64,000 bases of DNA, from the NCBI GenBank assembly GCA_008632985.1, contig QPGO01000022.1, positions 310,001 through 374,000 of the forward strand. The letters run 5' to 3'. Made by a program: the position numbers and the translations under genes. Below are positions 24,271-36,331 of this stretch, piece by piece (position 1 is the first letter of the stretch; the number at the start of each line of letters is the position of its first letter). Source of the stretch: Psammoneis japonica. Lineage: Eukaryota. Below the pieces are notes generated by a model. It did not search any database and had not been told where the DNA came from. It worked only from the letters and a program-made list of their open reading frames with translations.

Positions 24271-26560
24271 GGTCTTCCAATGCTCTGTTGCCCATGTGAG
24301 GAGGTTCGCCTGGTCGCTCTCCGCGTGGTTGTTGTGATGGTCTGCGACACAACCACAGTTGGAGTTGCACTGCCCTTTCAAGTGATGCGGGAGACACCGT
24401 GGGTTTCCTTGCGCGTCGACCGGCAGGGCGACCCCATTCTGAGTGCAACGCCGCTTTACCTCCCATGACCTAACGTTGGGACGATCACGGACGGCATTGA
24501 ACCGTTCGTCGTATTGGGGGTTGCGCACTGGCGTGTTGTCGCCCGGCACGCCTGGGCGAGGGTTTTGTGAGGCACCACCCACGGGCTGGGTCAACGTGGG
24601 AGTCGTGGTAGTTGGGGCGGGCGCGCTGCCGGACACCAGTGTAATTGCAGGGGGCAGCGTGTAACGCCACGAGTCGTTCCCCTTCGAAGCATCGCCCACT
24701 GCTCGGCGCGCATGGAAAGGGACGGCGGCGTTGTAGGCCGTCTCCTGCAGCCGGAACCACGACATGAGCTCCACCTGCATGTACCGCTGTATGTCCGCCA
24801 CCAGCGTTGGGTTCCGGGAGCACTCCACAGCTAAGTCCTCAGTGTGCGTGTCCAGGTCCTCCCGGGAATCCGTGAAATGCTGGACCACAGGGTGTCCCGC
24901 TCCCAGCAATGTTGCGAGTACGATGCGGGTGCCTTCCAAACAATGTTGGAGAGATTCGATGGTGGTGGTTGCGCGAGCGTCGTCCGGGGTTTCCAGCACC
25001 ATGGCATCGGTGAGGCTGGGCCGGCTGTCACCTCCGTGGATTTGGCGGTACATGGCAGCGCGGTGTGTGATCTGCTGCGCTTGCTCCGGGGTCGTGAGAC
25101 CAAATTGACACGGGTTGACTCCTTGGGCGGGGTCATCCCTGTTGTCTCCCGCAAAGTTGAGGCTCATCAATTTCGATGCCAAACTCACAGTGACAGGGAT
25201 GCGGAAACGCACTCCCAAAGCGCGGCGCGTCTCATCGACTGCGTTCTGGACCTCGGTGATGCGTCCCGCCTTGGAAGCCCGCGCGAGGCGTGGCCACATC
25301 GGCAGCAGCTGATCTTCAGTGTACACTTGGCAGAGCCTCATGAGCTTGCACATGCCCAGATCTCTGAATGCTTGCACCGGCGTCTTTCCTTGCTCGGCGG
25401 CTCATTGGCGTGCCTGTGCGTCAATCCGAGATTGACGCTGCTCGGTCGTGAGTCCATCGATCGCCCTCACCACTGGTGCAATGTGATGGGGCGGAAGTGC
25501 AAGCTCGTTCCGCCCTGGCAGGTCAAGATTGACCTTCTGGTCGAAGTGCCGCATGAGCGCTGCATTTGGGGGCTGGGGCATGGTGAGCCACTCTCGCACA
25601 ATGGCCGATGCGTGGGGGTCCGCCGCCGTGGCGGTGCATGCGACCTTGAGACAGTCCAACAAGGGACGTGTCGCGTCGACCTCATTCCTGGCCGCAGCCG
25701 CTCCAAAAATCCGTGTGAAGGCTTGCTTCGGGGACAGCCCCCCTGGGAGAAGTGTGTTCACGCAGGCGAACGGGACGTGCATCGTAAGTCGAGTGCGCAC
25801 TTCCACCGTGTTTGCTGCATTTGGGTCCGCGGGGTCTGCCAACCCTTCAGGGTGCGCTGTGATCTCCGCAGCCATCCCCGCGTCATCTAGGACAAATGTG
25901 CCAGCGGCGGCAAGACCCATCTCCTCTGGCGGATGCGGGACCACTGTGAACTGGTTGGCGACCAGGTCCCCGGCCAGGGCGCAGGCATTTCCGTCCCACG
26001 GCTGTGCAGGCCCAATGATGGTAGTCGGGTGGGTTGAAACGCGGTGGTGCACCTGAATCGACCCTTCATCGGGTGCGCCCTGCGCGCGGCAGAGGCGCAC
26101 TAATGCCATCGGCACGTTGTGCTCGGACGCCGCGACACCCTCTGTGCCAGGGCCTGAGGGTTGCAACGAGAGGCCCCCTGCACACGGGCGGCAAAGTCAA
26201 TCATGGGCTCTGTGTAGACTCCTTGGTGGGGGTCCTTGGCATTCGTCGCGAAGAAATCGTGGCAGGTTCGGAGGTTCCCCTGTTGGGGAACCTGAGCTGT
26301 GCCGGCCTGCGGTGCCGGTTGGGCAGCTGCCTGTGGCTGCAAGCCCAGCCCTCCTTGCGGCGCTTGGCCAGCGGGTGCACCCGGTGGTGGCTGGGCTGGT
26401 TGCCCCGCTTGTGGCACGGGATGCACCGGCGGTGGTGGTGCACCCGGCGGTGGTTGCGGTGGTTGCCCAGGCGGTTGCCCGTCACCCTGATTCACGGCGT
26501 TTGGCAGTTGGTCATTCGTGCTGCGTGCCGTGTCGAATTCTTTCTGCGACAGAACAAAGA
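24270..26560 (-). pseudogene. Gag-like ORF1 of element 1, frameshifted, with C-terminal CCCH-like finger
   Basis: Fragments 26100-26852, 25402-26166 and 23932-25377 are collinear with element 2 ORF1. Motif CLPHHLKGQCNSNCGCVADH. Confidence 0.75.
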
Positions 26561-26591
26561 TGGCGGAGGTGTCCTGCGTCGCGGTCTTGTG

Positions 26592-26761
26592 GCGATTAAA
26601 CCATGCTAACGACAGTGGCTTGTCTTTGTCGATCTTGAAAGAATGAGACAGACCGGTGACCGAAGAAAAACAACAACCAACCCTCACAGCACGTTCAACG
26701 TGCATGCGTGGTTCAACAGGTGATGGGTGTTCTCCCCGATTCTGGCACTGGATGAGGACAG
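26592..26761 (-). repeat. Element 1 5' repeat A1
   Basis: Matches 20522-20667 with a 24-bp extra segment. Confidence 0.9.
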
Positions 26762-27733
26762 TGGGCACCGTGATGACACCGTCTTGTGGCACACCTCCTG
26801 ACCTTCTCTGCGACATGTGCAGAGCTGTGACTGGTGCCCCATTCCTTGCCACTCTCTAGAACCCGTGGGCAACTGGAGCAGAGCTCCTGGTCCTCTTTCT
26901 CTAGAGAAAATCAAGGATTCGACCAGAGAGAGGGTGAGAGGCACACACACCACCTTGTTTTGGCTGACAGCTTGCCGGGAGCTGCTGGAGAAACAAAGCT
27001 GTGTTCAAAGGAAGAAGACCAAGAAAGTGTGCTGGGAGACCTTCCAACAATTTTTCAAGGAGACAGAAAGGCACCACCTGGAAGCCAAGCATGCCAGTGC
27101 CACACCCTTGCAAAAAAGAAGCTCTGTGCTCACCCTTTGTCCTCAGAGCAAATCTCGCACTCCCGCTGCACAGGAGCACTTTTTCTTGGGGCACTGTGTT
27201 GCTGTGGAAGCTGTGCAAACAATGAAATGCATCTGGGGTCCAAAAGCTGGTCACAATCAAAATGCCAGCCCAGCGAGGCAGTCACCCAGTGCAGTGCCAG
27301 TGCATCAAACCAGGAGGCTGCCAGGGAGATGGCTCCAAAAGTGTGGCCAGGGTGGGGCTGTCCAGAGAGTGAGCCCAACCCAACAAGAAATCAGGAGGCT
27401 TGACAGAGTGGCTTCAATCTGCCAACATTTTGTTGAAAAGAAGCCAGCCCAATGTGCAAGAAACTTGTGGAGCACAGCTCTGCCACACCACACCAAGGGG
27501 ACAGCACAAGCAATGGGGCTCTAGCCTCCAGAGCCTGGGCCTCAGAAGAAAGCTGGCCAGGTGGACACAACTGCATGCTCTGGGAGAGAGAGAGGTGCCC
27601 ATGTTGAAACAGGCCATCAGTGTTGGCCTTCTTTTGGGGCACAGATTCAGGCAGCATTTTGTCCACAGCAGTGGACGGAGGGGATTTGCAGAGGTTGTCA
27701 GGGGGGGGTCAGTGGCAACAAGCAATGGTTTAG

Positions 27734-30700
27734 ATTGTCACAGGCTTGCAACCCAGCAAACAACTCCTGCATGTTGCAGGAGCAACACCTCTCTGCACTG
27801 TTGCCATCTTTTTGCCTGCATTTTTGTTGCTGCTGCTGATGTGTTCCAGCCCTCTGGTGGCTGCACATGTGTTCTGGCACTCACAAAAAAGACAACTGTG
27901 CTGTTTGCATGCAATTTTGGATTGTCATAACAAGGCTTTTGCTGCCAAAAGGCTGGTGGGCACAGCCTGAGTCTTGCAAGCATTGGATGCAAGCAAGGGC
28001 TGCTGCACACAGCAAACCGCTGGAGAGTGGAGGTGGCGCCAATGTTCTGGTGCAGCCACACACCCCAATTTCTTTTCAAAATTGTGTGGCAACACATGGA
28101 ACCACTCATGAACAATGATCTCTGACAACAATGGACATTCTTCAGTTTTACAGCTCTCTTTGACACAGCACTGGAATGACAGCATCAAGCACAGAGATGA
28201 GGGACACCTCAGTGTGAAGCAGCTTTGTGTGGTGTGGCACCTCTCATGACATCTGGCAAAGTCCTCTTCTCTGCCTGAGACATTTGCAATGACAGCAGCA
28301 CTGGATGCCAAAGAGGCAGTCAGCAAAGACCAGAAAGTTGGCACATCCTCTCATCTGTCTGACTCCTGTGATGGTGGCATGTGTGTGTTGTCTCATGCTC
28401 AAAATGTGCAGCAAGAGGGCAGGATGCTGACAAGCATTTTCTTGCTCCAAACATGGGTTACAAAAGACCAGAGACCAAGCAAAAAATTAGAGGCACTTGA
28501 CCACTGCAAAAAGGAACACCAAAAAGGGACCACAAAAGTTGCTTTTCTCCAAACGCTCTCTCAACACACAAGGCTGTGGGGGGTTGCAAGAACAGCAGCA
28601 ATCTTGTCAAAAAAATTGACACAGTGCACCATGGAGAGGTGTGTTTTGGGTGGGCTGCAGAGCAGCCAAAGCTTGTGCTCTGAGTTTTTGTCCTTCTCTG
28701 TGGTCAATCATGCAATCCCCCATGTGCTGGTGCAAAGTTTTGATTGGGGGGGGGTTCAGCTGACCTGCTCCACTGTGTGCAGCCAGAGATGCTGTGCAGA
28801 TTATGATCAGGCATCTGGGTTGGACAGATGAGCAGATCTCTCTGCTTCTCACTCTTTCTCACCAGTGCATGTGTTGCCACCATTGCCAGCTTGCAGGGAG
28901 GTCCTTTGCACTTGTTGCTCTTGCCCCATTGCCACTCTGTCAGGTTGTGTGGCCCTGCTTGTTGTGATGCACATCTTCTTCTGCATCTCAACTTCCACTT
29001 TGATTGGTTTGGTTTGTGAGCTGAAGAACAATTCCATGTCATTTTTTATCCTGGAGGCAATGTTGCATCATCATCAGTCTCCACTTGACAACACAAAGCA
29101 GACACAAGGTCCAACCACCAGTGGTTGTGTGGTGGCCTGCAATCCTTGTCCCCCCCCTTCCCATCTCAAAGCAATTGTGTTGCCTGCAACATGGAGTTGT
29201 TGAGGTGCTCTTGAGATTCCCAATCAATCCAACAGTGCTTGCATGCAACAGAGATCAACCAACAAATTGGCTTCTTCAACTTTTGGGCTTCCAACAATGT
29301 GGTGTTTTCTTCCCATCTTGGAGCATCAGATCCAGCACACAGGTTGGACATCCCCAAACAGCCAAATTTGTGAGCATTGAAGTTGAGGCTTTGACTCCCA
29401 TGAAGACCTCTTCCAGACACAAGCCATCAAAATCCATTCATGGAGTGTGGCTCCACAAGAGCACAGAGTGACTCATGACCATGGGCCACAAATTTGTCTC
29501 AGCTGCATCCGGCATCCAGCCATCAGGCTGCAGTCAGCATGAAACATCATCATTCTGGCCCTTTCAGGGATGCCATCACATGCAGTGATGCACGCCAAAC
29601 ACAAAACCCACTGAGCTTCCTGCCTTGGCCCTTGCACTCAAGTTCCTTGACAAATTCTTCATTGGCAAATGTGCCACCATCAGACTGACAAGCCCAAATG
29701 AAAACACCAGCAGTGAAGTGGCCTTCCTCTCAGAAGCTGCTGCTTTGCTCTTGACAGCTTCAAAAGTTTGTTCCTGAGGACACTTGATGATGGACAGACA
29801 CCTGACCTGAGGCAATGTCAATGAAAATGGTGCTGCCACCATGCTTGTCTGCCTCCTTGGATTTGCCCCAAGATTTAAACAAACAACCATGAACCAATGA
29901 AACATGTTCATTGGTTGCCACCAGCTGTCCAACAAGACAAAGAATGTGATGGAACCTTGACAGTTTGAACCACACCTGTTGGATTACAAGCATCCAACCA
30001 AGCTCCTGATGCATGGTGCACTTGAGATTCAGCACAGAAGCAGATCTGATCAATCTTGCACTGTGGCCTGAGTGACCCTGTCAAGCCAACCACTTGGTGT
30101 GATCAAAAGAAAGATGACCTGAATGAAAGTGCTGTTGCAAAAGCTTCTTCTGCTTGATGATGGACAAGCTCTGGTTCAATTTGTCTGTCAGCACACACAC
30201 GCAAGCATGGGGCTTCTGATCCAACACTGAACATGGGGGTTCCTTCCAATTGCTGCAGGCAATTTGTTGGTCTTGTGGTGTGGCATGGCAGTCATGCCAC
30301 TGTCTTTCCAACAGAAGAAACCCAGTTCTTTTCATGTGTTGACTTGAGCTAACAACCAACCCCACTGCCATGCTTGTCATGCCCACAATGTGTCACACTC
30401 AACAACTTCACCAGAGAATTTTAGAGTGCACAAGCACTGCATCTGGATGAAGCATTCTCAAGAACCTGTGTCATCAAACACCAACCATTTTTGACAACAC
30501 CAAATCCTTTGAAGTCAACAAAACTGCCAACACTTGATGACAAATGAGGAAGACTTTCTTTGTCAAACAACTTGATGGCTCCAGAAACAAAATCATTCAC
30601 ATTGCATTCAGAGCTGTTGTTTGCACCCAGGTCAAGTGTGATTTCAAAATGCTTGTCTTGCAGAGATGAGAAAGACATTTGAATGTGATCAACCTGTTTG

Positions 30701-31920
30701 CACAAGTTGATGTTCACAAAATGGCACACAATCACTCAGAAAATTTCAATGGATGGCCAGTGATCTCCTTGATCTCTTTGAGTGGTTCATTGGAACAACA
30801 ACCACAACAAGAAACTTGAAATCAAGCAAGTTGCTCAACTTCTTGGAACAGTCATGTGCTGTGCTGTCTCTTGGATGGATTTTGTTGCAGACCTTGTTGA
30901 AAGCCAACAAATGCCAAAGAACAGCCCACAAATGAGTGAATCAATGATGAAAAATCAAGCTGTGGATGTCTTTTTGAATCTTCTGAAACAATTGCTCTTT
31001 AGATGAGACTTCAGGATTTGGTGGTTCCTTCTTCTTGGGCATCTCAATGTCACATTGTCACAGGCTCACAACCCAGTGACAACTCCCATGTGTTGCAATG
31101 GTGACACCTCCATGCTGAAGCTGCCTGTTCCCCTCTGCCTGTTTTTTTTTGTTGCTGCTGCTGATGTGTTCTCCACTTCCCTGCACATGTGAGTCAGCAC
31201 ATGCAAAAAAGACAACTGTGCTGTTTTGAAGCAGTTTTGGATTTTTCTTGTTGTTGAGATTTTGCTGCCAAAAGGCTGGTGGGCACAGCTCCTGTGTCTT
31301 GTGAGCATTCTTGGGGGCATGCAAGGGCTGCTGCTGTACACAGCAAAATGCTGAAGAGAGCTGGCACCAGTGCATTTTGGCATGGCAATGCACCCCAGTT
31401 GCTTCAAAAAATTGTGGCAAATCATGGAACTGCAGATGAACAACAATGATCTCTGACAACAACAGATGTTGAGTCTCATGGCTCTCTTTGACACAGCACT
31501 GAAATGACACCACCCAGTGCAGAGATGAGACACCTTAGTGTGAAGCAGGCTTGAGTGGTGCGGCATCTCTCATGACATCTGACAAAGCCTTCAATTGCCT
31601 GAGACATTTGCAATGACAACAGTGCTGCCAGATGTCAAAGACTCAGCAAAGACATGTTTTTGGAGATCAGGTCACTGATTTCCACCCACAGTGTTGGCAT
31701 GATCATCTCATTCCTGACTCTTCTCTGGGTGGCATGTGTGTGTTGTCTGATGCCCACAATGTGCAGTGCTGATTTGCATTTCCTCGCTCCAAACATGGTT
31801 CATGAGAGACCAGAAACCAAGCAAAATGTCAGAGGCACTTGACCACTGCAAAAGGAACACCAAAAAAGCACCACAAAAGATGCTTTTTCTCTGAATGCCT
31901 TTTCATTTCTCAGTGCACAA
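27734..31920 (-). mobile_element. Old, internally deleted Copia-type element between two ~840-bp diverged direct repeats (LTR-like)
   Basis: 27734-~28570 aligns with 31054-~31920, and both begin ATTGTCACAGGCT. Between them are GAG-pre-integrase (NQSLS..QKKLLQQHFHSGHLSF) and integrase (GQVSVHHQVS, QSDGGTF) remnants on the minus strand. Confidence 0.65.
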
Positions 31921-32899
31921 GCTCACAGGCAGATGGCTTGTTTTTTGTAATGCAAGCCACCCCAGATCACAAATCTCTGACTCAAGGACCAAGCATTTGT
32001 CATGATGACTCACAGCATGGTGTCTGTCAATGGTGTCAGAAATTTCAATGCAACACTTTGGGTGGTGGATGCATTTTCCACCCATTGCAGTGCTTCAAAC
32101 AAAAGATGGTTGCAGCTGGGATTTTGCCATTGGAAATTCCCCCTCTGATGTTGTGCCTTCTTCCCCAATGCACACACATCCATTGCATTGGTGCCACCCA
32201 TGCTGTCTCAAACCTCCTGCATTGCATGGACATTCTCCTCAAGACAAGCAAGTTGGGCCTTGTGCTGCACTGTGGCTTCTTGCCACAGAGACAGTTACAA
32301 AACCTTGAAGCAAATCCTTTTTGCAAGTGTGCTCCACATTTCTGTGATGAGGCTGTTGGTCTGATTCACTGCCATCCAGTCAAGGCAACCTTTCTCTTTA
32401 GGACTGCCATGTCCAGTTCAAAGATTTCTTGCAACTCTTTGATTCCAAGTCCTCCTCAGACAGTGAAAGGGAGAGAACCACATTTGTCAAGATCATGAAG
32501 TGCGCCAAGTTTTTGGCTTGTGCAACATGTTGTGAGTGTGATTTGTTGGTTTGTTGCTGCAAGTGCACTGATGGCCAAAATGTTAAAACATCTTCTTCAT
32601 TTTTGGGCCAGATGATGGCCCCATTGCTGCTGATGCTTTTTTGCAATGGACTCAAAAACCTTGCCATCCCCAAGGTCACTGCAACAATGATGCACACCAC
32701 CACGATGCAGGGGTCAAGAATGCCTTGGTGCTTGGCTCCTCTCCAGAGTCTGATGAGCCTGCCTCCCACTTGCTCTCCTCCCACTTGCTCTGCTCTGTCT
32801 GGCTCATGACCCCCTGGATGATGCAGTTGCACCCCACAAAGATGCTTTTGCAAGCTTGTGTGATGAGCTGGAGAATCTTGGCATCCCCCATCCAATGAC

Positions 32900-33120
32900 A
32901 AAAAAATCACATCTTGCATCATTCACACATGGCATCCATGATCTTCAAAACCAAGGTTGCTCCCAATGAAGCCACCAAGCCTCCATGCTTGGTTTGCACT
33001 GGCAACCATCTGTTTGATGACCACCCTGCCCTCCAGAGCAATCCATGCATCAAGGGGTTTCACACTCATTTTGCCAGCTCTTCAAGCATGAAGCTGCAAA
33101 ATGTGCCTCTGCTTTGGTGC
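32900..33120 (+). pseudogene. Possible Copia gag zinc-knuckle remnant
   Basis: PCLVCTGNHLFDDHPALQSN resembles the gag C-terminus of the 36-43 kb Copia (HECPALNN). Confidence 0.3.
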
Positions 33121-36100
33121 TGGCTCCCAGGGAAACTTGCCTGCTGGACAGAGTGGGCCTGCTTTCCCACCATCTGAAAATTCTCTGGATTTTCAATCTG
33201 GCTGCTGCAGCCAATCTTGAATCTACAATGCTGCCCACTTTCTCCCCACCAAGACAAGATGAAAGAGGGGCCAATGTCTCCATTGCCTTCCACCCCCAAG
33301 CAAACGTTGGTGATGCCTGCTGTTCCTCTGACTTTTTTGGGAACCCCCAATGTTGACACACTGCCTGGTGATGATTCCAGGGCATCAAGTTTTCAGCTTT
33401 GATCCAGGGAGGGTTCAGGAGCAGGGGAGAACAGAGGAAGATGCTGAGCCAGATTTGGAGCTGCTCCCCTTGGAGTGCTTTGAGTCCAAAGATGATCATG
33501 GCTTTGTGGCACTCAACTCTGCATGCTTCTCCCCAGCAGCACCCACCTGGGTTTCACCATCAGTTGCCTGCAATCCTGAGCATGAATCTTTCTTCAAAGT
33601 CAACATTTCACCCCAAAGAATGCTGTGCCCAGTTGGATGCCAGCACGTGTGGTGTGTCCTGCACTGGAGAAAAGCACCTTCTTCACTCATGCCAGCTGCT
33701 CACCTCTTGACAACCCATGCCAGCCAAAGGTCAACCCAGCCCTGTCTGGCACAAGTGCTGTTCCCCACGGTTGTGGACATTTGCGTGAACCTGCTCAGAC
33801 AGATGAAGGACATGTTGCTGTGCACAAATGCTGCCACACTCCCAACTCCTGTCTGCCTTGCTTGCAAAACAAGTTTTGCATCATGCTGCCTCAAGCAGAC
33901 AGAAGAAGAACTGTCCAATTAATTGTTCTCTGAAGTTTGATGACCTTGGAACATGCAAATGCATTGCCAAACACAATCTTTGCTCCAACAAGGATGTCTT
34001 TGTGTGTGGACCATTTGTCAATGGAAAATGCTTTGCTCATCTGCTGATTTTCCTGGAACCTGACAATGACCTGGATGTTGCCTTCAGGAGCTCAAGACTG
34101 AAGAGTGCAAAGCTGTTGCTCTGCCTGTGTGGTTGATGTGCACAAGAGAAACCAGAAGAGTTCCCTTTGGCAGGAACTCAAGAATGTTCCAAGGGCTTGC
34201 CAAGACATTCCTCTTGCCTCAAGGTGGGATCTGAGCATCTCCTTTGGCATCAATGCCTTGGTCATGATCCCAGCTCTCATTGCTTGTGTTGCACCCATGT
34301 GCATGTCAATGGTGGTGTCTCCAAGTTTGTCTGCCACCCCCCTTTGAAACCTGCCCTGCTTGTGTTCATGCCAAACAAAGACACTGGCTGGCCCCAACTT
34401 TGCTTGGCTGGACTTCTTCTGCTCAGAGCTGTGCTGAGGCACAGCAGTGAATTTTTTGTTCTCTGGCCTCAAGTCAAAGGATGAGGAACACACAAACAAT
34501 TGTGTTGGTCCAAATGGAGAGACCTGTTGGATCGCTGTTGTGTGTGTGGTTGTTTTTTTGTTCATTGCCTCCATGATGCAAACTGCATTTCTGAGGGTTT
34601 TTTCAACGGATTGGCTTGGCCAACTCTTGAATGAACATTTGCCAAAATTGTCCAGACAAGCACTCATTTGTGGGTTGTTGGGGTGGTGAGCTGTGCAAGA
34701 ATCTCAAGGTTTGTTGGCTGGCAGCTCTTCAAGCATGCCTCCACTGCACACTTGGGCACCCACTGGCACAGATGCCTTCAACACAGTCATTTGACTGTGG
34801 CTGATGCAATCTGGGCAATGCTCATCAAAGCAGACAACTTTCTGGTCCTGTGCTTTTCATCATGGCAACCCTTGTCAAGAACACTGTCCCATCCAAAATC
34901 ACAACATCGCACCCACTGCTGTTGCCACTGGTGAAGTTAATGACTTTGGTGCACTCCACATGTTTGAATGCCATGTTTGGGCCCATTCTCATGTTTGACA
35001 ATCTAGAAAGTTCTGCCGTGTGTCTCAGAAAGAAGGCATCTTCCTTGGATGCCCAACTGGGTGTGAGACCAAGAATGTCCTTTGCCATGATCCTGCAACC
35101 AAATGCATCTGAAAAACATTGTTGCTCTTGTTCAAAATTGATCTTTGCCTGATGAGAATCTGTGTTCTTGGCAAGTGCTCCTTCATTGAAGCCAAAAGGT
35201 CTTTAACAGTTGAGCCAACATTTCAAGTGGGAAGCAACAGTTGAAAAAAATTGGTCTTGCATTTCACATCATTGTTGACTGAAACAATTGAACAAACATT
35301 CCAAATGAAAACAACCTTGAGTGGAGCTTGTAACTTGTTTGTTGTTGTTCTCAGCAACAGCACATCTGCAACAAATTGCTGATGCAGCTCATTTCTGACA
35401 AGAGCCGCACAAATTGATCTCATCAATTCCCTTTTACATTGGCTGCATGCTGCCAACAATTTGATTTGTGCACGCTGCAATTCAGGTTTCTGATGGTGTT
35501 GTTGGACTTTTTGTCCTCTGTGCTCTTGTTCTTTGCTGCAGAGGCTTTTTTTCTTTTCTCTGTTGCTTTTTTTCATTCCTTCATGGTCTTTTGCTTTTTG
35601 CATGGCATGCTGTTGTTCCTGACTGTTCTGGCATTGTGTCATGCTTCAATTGGTGTTCACACTCAGCTTGGTGTCCCACCCCCATTGTTTTTTATTCAAC
35701 AACAACAGCAGCCAGATTGTGTGTGTGTTGTTTGTCATTTGATGGGTGCCAGAGCTTTGCCTGCTAGAAGAAAAGAACCGTTCACAGGAGTCATGAGTTG
35801 CACTTGTTTTTGGGTTGGAAAGACCTTCACCACCATGACATTGCTGGTGCTCACCTTTGTCTGACATTGCAGCACAGTTTTCCCTTCAGGCTCATCAAGG
35901 CTTTTGTGGCAGCTCATCTGAGTGTCAAACATGGGCAAAAGTGTCAGTTTTTGCACTGTTCTGAAAGTTGTGCGCATGTGTGCCACACCTCCTGTCTTGT
36001 GCCTTTTCTCCTTGCTTGTCTTTCTTGGGGTGTGCACAGTCATTGGCTCTGCTGTTGCTTCCCACAATGCTGTCATTGCACAGGGGTTGCTTGTTCACTT

Positions 36101-36158
36101 CCAGTGTTTTGTGTGTTGTGTGCCAGTGATGATGATGTGTTTTTTGGCACATTCCAAG

Positions 36159-36331
36159 TTACGGACTGCCAGCATCGGGACAATCTAACAGACATCCAGG
36201 ACACCAGATGACAATTGTGTGCTAGATGAGAAAGAAAGTGAGCAAAGGAGATGTCATTGGATCTCTCCATGCTGTCCATGCCAGTCAGTCCGACACAAGG
36301 GAGCGTGTTCCCCATCTTGGATGTCTGTTGC
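36159..36331 (-). repeat. 3' LTR-like repeat of the 36-43 kb Copia
   Basis: Directly follows the PPT and contains inverted 10-mers ACAGACATCC/GGATGTCTGT. Its reverse complement matches 42955-43116. Confidence 0.75.

Larger units (their letters stand above)
20293..26761 (-). mobile_element. Tyrosine-recombinase retrotransposon 1 (DIRS order, Ngaro/PAT-type split direct repeats), full length and decayed
   Basis: Sense order A1 (26761-26592), gag, RT/RH, YR, B1 (20873-20666), A2 (20667-20522), B2 (20500-20293). Confidence 0.9.

Noticed and set aside
20264..26772. GGCACCGTG on both sides of element 1 as a target-site duplication
   Set aside because: Not flush with the element ends (about 20 bp away on the left), and YR elements normally make no TSD.
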